From a virus, in UHGV virus genome UHGV-0367612: 64,000 bases of DNA; one strand, given 5' to 3'. Both the position numbers and the translations under genes were made by a program. This document shows, one piece after another, positions 36,618-44,607 of this stretch. The notes under the pieces were generated by a model. The model had not been told where the DNA came from. It saw only the letters and a program-made list of their open reading frames with translations, and did no database searches. The stretch's first letter is position 1. Every line of letters begins with the position of its first letter.

Positions 36618-38054
36618 TTATTTCACTTTTGGTTGTGGTTTATTCTTTTCACGAGTTCTTTTATCTGACTCGTCTTTCTCTTTCTCTCTCGTTTGTTGAG
36701 CTCCATTCTCTTCAATAGGTGCTCTTGGTTCTTTCTCAGCTGGGGCATCGTATCCCAGCTCATCAGCAGCTTGCTCTTGAGAAATGATACCCATCATGTA
36801 CTTATTAGAGGTATTCCTGATCTTGTACTCGTTGGCTTGTTCTGTTTTCAAGATATCAGTGATTGTTGAAGGATTAAACTCTACCTTCAGAGTTTTAAAA
36901 TTAAACCCAGCTAACAATAATTCATACCTATACCCTATCTCAAGGTCTGCAGCCACTATACTTTGTACTGCTCTAAGTTGAGATAACATCTTGGTAAAGA
37001 TGATACTTAACCCAGTTTCAGTTCCCCCAGTAGTATTTAACCCCATGAATGTTCCAGGATATTTCAACGAGTTTGCCACTTTCCGTTGAGCTTCTGAGTA
37101 TAGTTCAGATACTCCATTCATATCCTTAGTAGCTGTATGGAAATTAAACTCATGATCATCCTGGAATCCGGTTACCACTCCATTAGATACCCCTTTCATA
37201 ATCTCCTTTTGAGTTTTCAGTAGGAAACTATCTAACTTGGATATGTAAGCGTTATCACTCTCACCATCTTCTTGTGTAGGTTTAGCAACCTTAACTTCAA
37301 GAAAACCTACCAACCCCATAAGAGTTAACAAGTTATCAACGTTCTGATCCATCCGGTATAACTTTGCTATGGTTCTCAAAGCCGGTAACCAAGGTGGAAT
37401 ACCATATGGAACTTCTGAGTAACCATTGATGGCAAAGTATTTGTAGGTCTTTGGGTTTAACTTCATGTAAAAATCCTTTACATTACTCCCAATAGGTGTA
37501 TCACCCTTTGTACCCACTATGTATTGATATGGGAAATACCTTTGTTTCCTTTTATCATACACCCAACGAATATTCTCAGGTTCAACCATGAAACAGGATT
37601 TAATTCCTTTCAAATCATTGTCTATCACCCATTCATTGGATATACAACCGGTAAGGTATGCTTGAGCTATAAGCTTACTGACAAAGTTATCAGTATTGGC
37701 TATACCATCAACCCATGTTTTACATTTCTCGTTTAGATGATCTCTCATCTTCTTTACCTGGTCAGCTGGAACCTGTGGGTCAAATTTTATCTTGTGCCCA
37801 GTATTGGTCAGTAAAACCAAATCGTTCAGGGCTAAAGATAAATTGTCATCAAGCATAGCTAACTTTCTGATCTGCGGAAGTACCTTCAAGATAAGTTCTG
37901 GTACAATGAGCTTCTTGTTTGGAGATAGCTCATTGACAACAAAATCCCCACCAATATCCAAATAACTATCCCTACCTGCTGATAAGGATTTTGGGTTGGT
38001 AGAGACATCCGTTACAGAACCTCCTGCAAGGGCTTTGTCTTTTAGCTTTACCAT
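36618..38054 (-). CDS. portal protein
   Basis: 478 aa directly downstream of the large terminase. Charged, disordered C-terminal tail. Size and position are typical. Confidence 0.6.
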   Translation of the reverse strand: MVKLKDKALAGGSVTDVSTNPKSLSAGRDSYLDIGGDFVVNELSPNKKLIVPELILKVLPQIRKLAMLDDNLSLALNDLVLLTNTGHKIKFDPQVPADQVKKMRDHLNEKCKTWVDGIANTDNFVSKLIAQAYLTGCISNEWVIDNDLKGIKSCFMVEPENIRWVYDKRKQRYFPYQYIVGTKGDTPIGSNVKDFYMKLNPKTYKYFAINGYSEVPYGIPPWLPALRTIAKLYRMDQNVDNLLTLMGLVGFLEVKVAKPTQEDGESDNAYISKLDSFLLKTQKEIMKGVSNGVVTGFQDDHEFNFHTATKDMNGVSELYSEAQRKVANSLKYPGTFMGLNTTGGTETGLSIIFTKMLSQLRAVQSIVAADLEIGYRYELLLAGFNFKTLKVEFNPSTITDILKTEQANEYKIRNTSNKYMMGIISQEQAADELGYDAPAEKEPRAPIEENGAQQTREKEKDESDKRTREKNKPQPKVK

Positions 38055-38055
38055 A

Positions 38056-40518
38056 TTAAATCGGATTTGTTACTAAGTTTTTCTTACCTTTTCTGATATA
38101 GTTAGTTATGGCTTCAGCCATTATGCAGTCATCTGTGTATACTGCATCATCATCGTAGATGTTATCATCGTTTGCCTTATCTTTACCCATTGCCACTGGC
38201 CTATTTCTGGAATCGAATATGAATGTATATGACTCATCCACAAAGAATTTGTTACATATATTCACTTGGTCAAAACGGATATCTTCTTCTAACTCATCTA
38301 TAATAATTGGTCTAGTGGATGTGGTTGTATACCAACCTGGGATATCTTCTACCTCAGGCTTACTTTTACCTTTCTTTTTCAAGAGTTTTTTGGCGTAATA
38401 CAAGTTAGGATAACCGTGATCCTGAATCTTAGAAGTTACTGCCAACCCAATATCATTTGATTCTGGTGCTATCAAAGCATTGTTGAAACGTTTACCGGTA
38501 TGCATGAGGAGGTTTGCATACTTAGAGGGATTTATCTTTCCCCTAAAATAAGCTAACTCCTCCCCATACCGGTTCATAACAGAAAATGCAGAATAGTCGT
38601 TTGCTCTACCAATAGCAACGTCTGCTCCGATAAAGCATCTCTCACCAGGTTTAGCGAAACGTCGTATGAAAAGTTTCCCATTCTGTTCAATGGAAATATA
38701 ATCATCTGGATAAGGTAAGCATTCCTCTATTGCTCTGATACAATTCAAATCGAATACCGTATTACCTGAAGAAAGGAAGTCACCATCAATCTCCTGTGCT
38801 GTTCTCCTTGGACCCAGTGACTTAGCCATCGAGTTATACCACTCCTCGTTTCTTTCAGGGTGCATTTGCCAATACAACCGAATAGGATTGAAATAACTAT
38901 CTCCATTTTTGGCATCAACCCATTGTTTGTGAAAGAAGTTCCCAATACCCATTGGCGTGTTATGGTTGATATACAGCGAGTTACATATATAAGATTGATC
39001 CTCTTCTACTGAAATATCATATATGTTCTCATAGGTGACGTTCACTAATTTTAACTTAGAAATATTCACCTTTGTAACCCTCTTGTTGTTTATAACTCTA
39101 CTGATATATGAAGCATTTACTCTTAACCCTAATTCATCTTCAATCTCTCTCATAATAATCTTAGATGAACCATAGGAGTTACCATACTTTTGATACTTCT
39201 CTTTTATCTTACCTATCAATAAGATATCTGGAAATTTATCACCCACACTTGGAGCAACTTTAAATGTGGGGGAAAGGTTTACTGCTCTCTTAGTATTTTC
39301 TGATTGAGATAGTATTTGTAAGTTTGTTACATAATTATGAGAATGGTCACAATCTATATGGTCTACTACATAACCTTCTGGAATATCACCTATAAATAAT
39401 TTAGCTACTAATCTTGATACTGAAAAGTTCTTACTCTCCCCATTTGCCCAAAGCTTAAACCTATAATACCCAGAATTACCTAGTATGGGTTCTTTCTCTA
39501 TCAGAGAATCACCATCCTTTATATATAACTTACCCCAGTTAGATAACATATATTTTGGATAACCAGGTATATTCTTGAATATCTCAATACTTGGTTTCTC
39601 GGTTTTTTTTGTTTCTAACTTCTTAAACCCTGTATCAAAGGTTATTATATTTAAACCTTCTCTAACAATTCTACCTACTGACCTCCAACCCTCTGTAGTA
39701 TATAATTTATGAGCTGGAGTACATCTCAAAGTATTTCCTTGTTCATCTTCTACTTCCCAGGTTTTCAATATACCTTTGTTCACAGAGTGTGTTACTTTTC
39801 TCCACTTACCAGTATGTGATAATACTTCTATCCCTAAATGAGATATATCTTTTATCCCCATTTCTTTTGGGCATACAGTATCAATTCTCAATGGTCCTTC
39901 TTTTGTAACTATTTCAGTATCACCTGTAACGCAAGAGTTTAGGATAGCACTACCTCCAGTTGATAGAGTGGGGAATGCTGCTGCCCAGATCCTATCAGCC
40001 CATCTTACAATTGCCGCCTCGTCTATCACAAGAAGAGAAACTGCCTCTGAACGACCGGCTTCTTCTGTTGTGGGGACTGATGTTATTGATGACCCATTCA
40101 CAAACTCAAGTACTGTGGCAGTACCAAATGAGTCTCCACGTATTTGAGTTACAGGAGTTTGTAACCATTCTGGCAGGTTTTTGTACATGTACTTAATCCT
40201 TTTCAAAACTCTCTTTGCAACCATATCCTTGATCGAGATAATCTGGATATTCTTGTTGTCATTAAACATGGCTAACCATAAGCAAAAGAAAGCGATAAGC
40301 TCTGTTAAACCTGCCTGACGAAACTTAAGTATGATGTTGAAACGGTTGTTCAGAAAATTCCAGAGAACTGCTCTCTGGTATTCGTAGAGTTTGAATTGTA
40401 CTTTACCCTTAACAGGATGAATGATATACACAAAGTTTGCAAGGTAGAATGGATTTACCTTGCATGTCCTGTATATTTCAAATTGTTCCTTCGTAAGAGT
40501 TACTATCTTTTTCTCCAT
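38056..40518 (-). CDS. terL: terminase large subunit, interrupted by an intein
   Basis: Exteins carry Walker B LLVIDEAA and the terminase motif STGGSAILNS|...|TPMGIGNFFH. The inserted segment between Ser195 and Thr521 has intein hallmarks. Confidence 0.85.
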   Translation of the reverse strand: MEKKIVTLTKEQFEIYRTCKVNPFYLANFVYIIHPVKGKVQFKLYEYQRAVLWNFLNNRFNIILKFRQAGLTELIAFFCLWLAMFNDNKNIQIISIKDMVAKRVLKRIKYMYKNLPEWLQTPVTQIRGDSFGTATVLEFVNGSSITSVPTTEEAGRSEAVSLLVIDEAAIVRWADRIWAAAFPTLSTGGSAILNSCVTGDTEIVTKEGPLRIDTVCPKEMGIKDISHLGIEVLSHTGKWRKVTHSVNKGILKTWEVEDEQGNTLRCTPAHKLYTTEGWRSVGRIVREGLNIITFDTGFKKLETKKTEKPSIEIFKNIPGYPKYMLSNWGKLYIKDGDSLIEKEPILGNSGYYRFKLWANGESKNFSVSRLVAKLFIGDIPEGYVVDHIDCDHSHNYVTNLQILSQSENTKRAVNLSPTFKVAPSVGDKFPDILLIGKIKEKYQKYGNSYGSSKIIMREIEDELGLRVNASYISRVINNKRVTKVNISKLKLVNVTYENIYDISVEEDQSYICNSLYINHNTPMGIGNFFHKQWVDAKNGDSYFNPIRLYWQMHPERNEEWYNSMAKSLGPRRTAQEIDGDFLSSGNTVFDLNCIRAIEECLPYPDDYISIEQNGKLFIRRFAKPGERCFIGADVAIGRANDYSAFSVMNRYGEELAYFRGKINPSKYANLLMHTGKRFNNALIAPESNDIGLAVTSKIQDHGYPNLYYAKKLLKKKGKSKPEVEDIPGWYTTTSTRPIIIDELEEDIRFDQVNICNKFFVDESYTFIFDSRNRPVAMGKDKANDDNIYDDDAVYTDDCIMAEAITNYIRKGKKNLVTNPI
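38959..39933 (-). mobile_element. intein (325 aa) with NUMOD4/HNH homing endonuclease, inserted in terL
   Basis: Begins CVTGDTEI (the block-A Cys is the first residue after ...ILNS). Ends ...SLYINHN followed by the extein Thr (His-Asn + Thr/Ser/Cys). Internal NIPGYPKYMLSNWGKLYIKDG is NUMOD4-like. VVDHIDCDHSHNYVTNLQILSQSENTKRA is an HNH core. Boundaries were checked at nucleotide level: gca 39931-39933 encodes the Cys, gtt 38959-38961 encodes the terminal Asn. Confidence 0.7.
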
Positions 40519-41189
40519 ATCCTAAACTTTAATCCAACCTCTAATCTTGGTTTTTCGTTAAACAATAGAACCTCAGAAGCCCGGAGAAACATGAATGAAT
40601 TGTTATTAAACCGATAATCTAACTGAAACTCTCCGAATGGCTTTTCCCGTAAAAAATCCAAACCGAAAACAAGAAAATAGGAAAGCCTTGGCTCCTGAGG
40701 TCTGTATTTTGTTTTCGAATACCCCATAACTCCTGATGCCCAATGATAGTTGTAATCCTGGTAAAACAGGTTATAGTGTTCCGAATAAACTTGTCCGTTA
40801 ATTCCAAGAAGAGAAATGTTAAGTGAATCTCTGAATAAACTCATTTCCACTAACTTTGGGTTTTGGGGATAAAGCTTTAGGAAATTCTCAGAAATCTCTA
40901 TCTCTTCCTGTAATCCTTGGATGATGAAACTGTAATGAAGGCTGTCCTTCAAAATCCTTAATTCCAATTCCTTTATTCTGGATGAATCTTCCCGGTAAAT
41001 CGTTACTCTATCAGGTTTCAGTGTATCTCTGATGATTTTGATTTCAGGATAAGGTTTTGAAATGAAGATTGTATCTGTAACCACCTTTACATGGGGATTT
41101 GGTGATTCAGATTTGTTGGTTCTGAATCCGAGATAAAAGGTTAAAGCCAGTATCCCAATGATGGTTATGATTTTGATTGTTGTCTTCAT
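40503..41189 (-). CDS. secreted / membrane-anchored beta-rich protein (signal-peptide-like N-terminus) overlapping terL start
   Basis: 228 aa. The N-terminus MKTTIKIITIIGILALTFYLGF is hydrophobic. It occupies the slot where a small terminase is usually found, but has no TerS-like features. Confidence 0.4.
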   Translation of the reverse strand: MKTTIKIITIIGILALTFYLGFRTNKSESPNPHVKVVTDTIFISKPYPEIKIIRDTLKPDRVTIYREDSSRIKELELRILKDSLHYSFIIQGLQEEIEISENFLKLYPQNPKLVEMSLFRDSLNISLLGINGQVYSEHYNLFYQDYNYHWASGVMGYSKTKYRPQEPRLSYFLVFGLDFLREKPFGEFQLDYRFNNNSFMFLRASEVLLFNEKPRLEVGLKFRIWRKR

Positions 41190-41285
41190 CCATGTTTCCT
41201 GTTTGGTTTCAGTGTATTAGAACCTCGAAAGTAAAATTTTATCAGTTCTAGAAATCAGGGAAAGGATATCGCGTGTATGCGTATA

Positions 41286-41434
41286 GACTAGGCTTAGGAT
41301 TAAGCTTAAAGATAGAGTTAGAGAAAGAGTAAGGTAATAATTTTTAGGCTTTAGCCTAAAAATACTTAGGATACGTAGTATCCTAAGTTTATACTCTTTT
41401 CTCTTTCTAAAAAGGATATTACGTAGTAATATCC
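41286..41434. repeat. cluster of four or more perfect palindromes (candidate operator / pac / terminator region)
   Basis: ttaagcttaa at 41300-41309. tttttaggc-ttta-gcctaaaaa at 41341-41362. cttaggatac-gta-gtatcctaag at 41365-41387. ggatattac-gta-gtaatatcc at 41414-41434. The last two share the core GGATA..TACGTAGTA..TATCC. Confidence 0.6.
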
Positions 41435-41455
41435 CAAAAAGGTTTTCTCTTCTCT

Positions 41456-42466
41456 CTAAATAAACTTTTTGTGTCTGAAAATCCATTCCAATGATTGTTT
41501 TATCCATGTCCCTACTTCATAAGGGGGGCACTTAGCTACTGTAGTACGGCCTTTGTTTATCCAATAGTTGATGTTCTCCCTCTCTGCATGGATTATGAAT
41601 TCATCAGGTATTCCCTGTATCCTAGCTAATTCTCTAGGACTCATCTGATAACCATCGGGATTGAATTGTCTGTTTGATTTCCTAGCTACTTGAGGATATG
41701 AATGCTTCAGGTTTCTGTAAACACCCGGTGCAGAAGAGTATTTACGTTTACTAGCTATGAATCTCTTTTCATTCGGATGATCTATCCAATACCTTCTTAC
41801 TTCAGATAATGTCATCTTAAATCCGGCATACATAGTTACTTCAGAATTTATCAACTCAGTGATATGTCCCCAAGGTATAGAATGGTTGTTGGATTTTAAT
41901 CCTTTTAACAAAATTCCAGTAGTTTTAGGCTTATGTTCTTTAAATTTCGTGATGTGTTTCCATATCAGTTTATGATTAACTGGGAAATCTTTCCTTATAC
42001 CCATCACTATAAGCCTTATTCTCCCAACTTGAGAATTCCCAAACTTTAACACTGAGCCAGTTAAGTAATGTAAGTGGTATTCTTCACTAAGCCATTTTAT
42101 CTCCTTAACAGAATATTTGGCTTTCGGTAAATTCTCCATGAAAAATATACTCGGTTTATAGGTTTTTATCTGGTCAAAGAACATGGCAAATGAATCATTA
42201 TCAAGAGGATTAGAGAATTCTTTTGCCCTTGTTAAAGCCATCATTGATGATGATCCACAATCTGGTGCTCCCACTATCACATCTGGGAAATCAAATACTT
42301 CTTCAGGTTTTTTGTAGAATGGTATACCTTCAAAATTCCTATTCCACTGGATATTGTTTTGAGTATGGAATAAACTCCTACTCTCAATATTTCCAGTAAG
42401 GTTGTCTTTCATTGGGTATAACCAAGAACCATTACCCCCACATACTGCTAAAATTTTGTGTTTCAT
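41456..42466 (-). CDS. C5-cytosine methyltransferase-fold protein with non-canonical motif IV (DCG instead of PCQ)
   Basis: Motif I-like ILAVCGGNGSW (FxGxGG). Motif IV-like VIVGAPDCGSSS (canonical GGPPCQxFS). Motif VI FFMENLP (ENV). Motif VIII-like GRIRLIVMGIRKD (QxRxR). Confidence 0.5.
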   Translation of the reverse strand: MKHKILAVCGGNGSWLYPMKDNLTGNIESRSLFHTQNNIQWNRNFEGIPFYKKPEEVFDFPDVIVGAPDCGSSSMMALTRAKEFSNPLDNDSFAMFFDQIKTYKPSIFFMENLPKAKYSVKEIKWLSEEYHLHYLTGSVLKFGNSQVGRIRLIVMGIRKDFPVNHKLIWKHITKFKEHKPKTTGILLKGLKSNNHSIPWGHITELINSEVTMYAGFKMTLSEVRRYWIDHPNEKRFIASKRKYSSAPGVYRNLKHSYPQVARKSNRQFNPDGYQMSPRELARIQGIPDEFIIHAERENINYWINKGRTTVAKCPPYEVGTWIKQSLEWIFRHKKFI

Positions 42467-42640
42467 ATTAATTGTTTTTATTTTGCAATAGTTGGTATTG
42501 CCAAATCTATCATTTGGATGGGTAAATATTGAATCTAGAAGAAAATTATTGAGTAAAAGCTAAGTTAATTCATTGGCCCTAAAAAGTTTAAACTAGATAA
42601 CTCTTTCTATCTTGGTTCTAATAATCCTAAAATCAAACAA

Positions 42641-43036
42641 ATGGAAACACAATTCAAGAATAGGCAGGATTTAGTGGATTACTTTGAGAATCTCCCAAGG
42701 ATGTTATACATCGTTATGGGTGATAAACGAGTTACTTTACACTCATATAAATTCGCAAGGTTAATCCTTTTCTCTATGGGTGCTGAAATGCACAGAGATG
42801 GTAAGTTAGATTTACTTGCATACACCAAATTAACTCGGATGTATTCCCAAGATTTCATTGACAATCAAGGTGGAACAAACAGACAAGAATACCAATATGA
42901 TGACAGTGAGATGGATTTCATTGAAGAAATGGTATCTCTATTCTCACTTGAGATATTGAGAGCTGGGTTTATATCTGATGTACAATTCAGAATCCTATTA
43001 TGTAATGAGAATGTGATAGATGTTATACTCCAATGA
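42641..43036 (+). CDS. hypothetical protein
   Basis: 131-aa ORF, first gene of a plus-strand cluster. Confidence 0.4.
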   Translation: METQFKNRQDLVDYFENLPRMLYIVMGDKRVTLHSYKFARLILFSMGAEMHRDGKLDLLAYTKLTRMYSQDFIDNQGGTNRQEYQYDDSEMDFIEEMVSLFSLEILRAGFISDVQFRILLCNENVIDVILQ

Positions 43037-43581
43037 GAAAATGTAAGGATAAAAGGATGTATGAACCTCATGTAGAGGTTTTGAAGTATATACTTGATTT
43101 AGACCAAGACCCATTTTGTGGTTTTGTTTTACCTGATTGCACAAGGAACAATCTTATAAACCTTGACAGAGTGAATTACAGTATAACTGGGATAAGGATT
43201 ATAGATGAGACTTACATGTGGCAGGATATTGAGGTTGATGGTAAGTTACACATAACAAGCCCGCTTTACATAGAAACTATTACAGAATACAACAAGTATT
43301 TAAAACACATATCAAAAGAGATGGCAGTAAATTACGAAATAGGGGATTTAAGACCAGTTGATTTCAAGGAGGCTAACAGATTATTACAAGGTAGTGATGA
43401 GAATATAGAACCCTTGAAAGTTTATAATGATGGTACAATGTCAGTATCCTGTTGGAAGATGACATTAAGAGATATACTTAGGTTATTATTTAATCCTAAG
43501 AAAAGATATATTTGGATGGGTATAAAAGCTGGACAATCGCAACCACCAGTATGGTTAACCACCAGATACCCGTTCAAATAG
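43033..43581 (+). CDS. hypothetical protein
   Basis: 182-aa ORF translationally coupled to the upstream gene (ATGA overlap). Confidence 0.4.
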   Translation: MRKCKDKRMYEPHVEVLKYILDLDQDPFCGFVLPDCTRNNLINLDRVNYSITGIRIIDETYMWQDIEVDGKLHITSPLYIETITEYNKYLKHISKEMAVNYEIGDLRPVDFKEANRLLQGSDENIEPLKVYNDGTMSVSCWKMTLRDILRLLFNPKKRYIWMGIKAGQSQPPVWLTTRYPFK

Positions 43582-43664
43582 ATATCCATGAGTGTTAGAT
43601 TTTACCCAGACTTTTACAGGAGTCTGGGTTTTCTTTGCGTGAACTAATTTAAAATAAACAAGTT

Positions 43665-44105
43665 ATGGAAATTCCAAAGAACCTACAAAAGTATCACAGT
43701 TATTTATGTAATAGCCTACAAAGGCTTAAAGATATGAAGTTAAAGCCTAAACAGATGAAAAAAGAAACTGTGGGTGTAGAGATAAGGTGTTATAAATGTG
43801 GTAAATCATTCAAGATGGTTTTCACCATTGCAGAGTGGGCAGCATACCTTGATACTCAAAGAAAACTGATAGAAGAGAAAGGTATTGTGATGAGTAATCA
43901 AGATACAGTGTCTATGTTCAGATACAAGAACATGAGATTCTTGAAACACCTATTCCTTGAATGTTGTGAATCCTGTTTACAGGAAGAAGAAAGGATTCAG
44001 GTAGATGGGTTAATGTCACTTGAGAATAACATCAAATTAATTCTCGGAACCTATGAAAAAGGAAAAGAAGAATACGAGAGAGCACCCATTACAAGTTTAC
44101 TGTAA
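43665..44105 (+). CDS. zinc-ribbon protein (CxxCGK ... CxxC)
   Basis: 146 aa with CYKCGKSF ... CCESCLQ. Confidence 0.4.
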   Translation: MEIPKNLQKYHSYLCNSLQRLKDMKLKPKQMKKETVGVEIRCYKCGKSFKMVFTIAEWAAYLDTQRKLIEEKGIVMSNQDTVSMFRYKNMRFLKHLFLECCESCLQEEERIQVDGLMSLENNIKLILGTYEKGKEEYERAPITSLL

Positions 44106-44304
44106 AACCTGTGGTAAACTGTTAGTAGAGGTAGAAGCTGATTGGTACCAGTTTAATTGGTATTACGCTCCGTTAGAGATAAGACCACCATTAAGAGAAC
44201 TGTTTCCTGGAATTACTCATGAACAGTTCTTGGGTTTGAAATACAGGAAATGTGAGCAATGCAGGAAACAAAAGAAACAAAAGAAACAAAGGATTTGCAT
44301 TTAG
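44053..44304 (+). CDS. zinc-ribbon protein, paralogous to the preceding ORF and overlapping it in the +1 frame
   Basis: 83 aa with CKTCGKLL ... CEQCRKQ, the same CxxCGK...CxxC architecture. Basic KKQKKQ tail. Starts inside the A-rich end of the upstream ORF. Confidence 0.35.
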   Translation: MKKEKKNTREHPLQVYCKTCGKLLVEVEADWYQFNWYYAPLEIRPPLRELFPGITHEQFLGLKYRKCEQCRKQKKQKKQRICI

Positions 44305-44325
44305 TAAAACGGGATATTATATTTG
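44294..44325 (+). promoter_or_regulatory. Bacteroidetes-type sigma-AB promoter (TTTG-20nt-TATATTTG), extended conserved block
   Basis: gaTTTGCATttagTAAAACgGGataTTATATTTGCAT. The -33 TTTG is at 44294-44297 and the -7 TATATTTG at 44318-44325, ~24 nt upstream of the 44349 ATG. It is nearly identical to the minus-strand promoter blocks at 55.8 and 60.4 kb. Confidence 0.6.
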
Positions 44326-44348
44326 CATTATAATTAAATAATAAAAAT

Positions 44349-44606
44349 ATGGTTATTAAGACTTTACTAAAATTGATTATCCTAATCCCCACTTTAAAAA
44401 TCTTAAAATGGTGGTACAGGGGATTTAATATGTTTATTTGGGTTGGATGTGGTATCACATTTAGTTTTGCAAGGGTATCTGGAAATATGGATTTACTAGA
44501 TAAAGGGTGGTATAAAACATTCACAGAAGTTTTGGGTTTTAGTTTATACATGATACTTCATGTATTATGGATATTAGCTATCAGAGAATTAATCATTAAG
44601 TTATAA
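44349..44606 (+). CDS. small membrane protein
   Basis: 85 aa with hydrophobic helices LLKLIILIPTL and FIWVGCGITFSFA ... LYMILHVLWILAI. Immediately upstream of thyA. Confidence 0.4.
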   Translation: MVIKTLLKLIILIPTLKILKWWYRGFNMFIWVGCGITFSFARVSGNMDLLDKGWYKTFTEVLGFSLYMILHVLWILAIRELIIKL

Positions 44607-44607
44607 T

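Noticed and set aside
41217-41507. 96-aa ORF (…TLSLTLSLSLILSL…) on the minus strand
   Set aside because: It is entirely generated by translating the palindrome cluster at 41286-41434. It has low-complexity sequence and no start context, so it is treated as non-coding repeat DNA.
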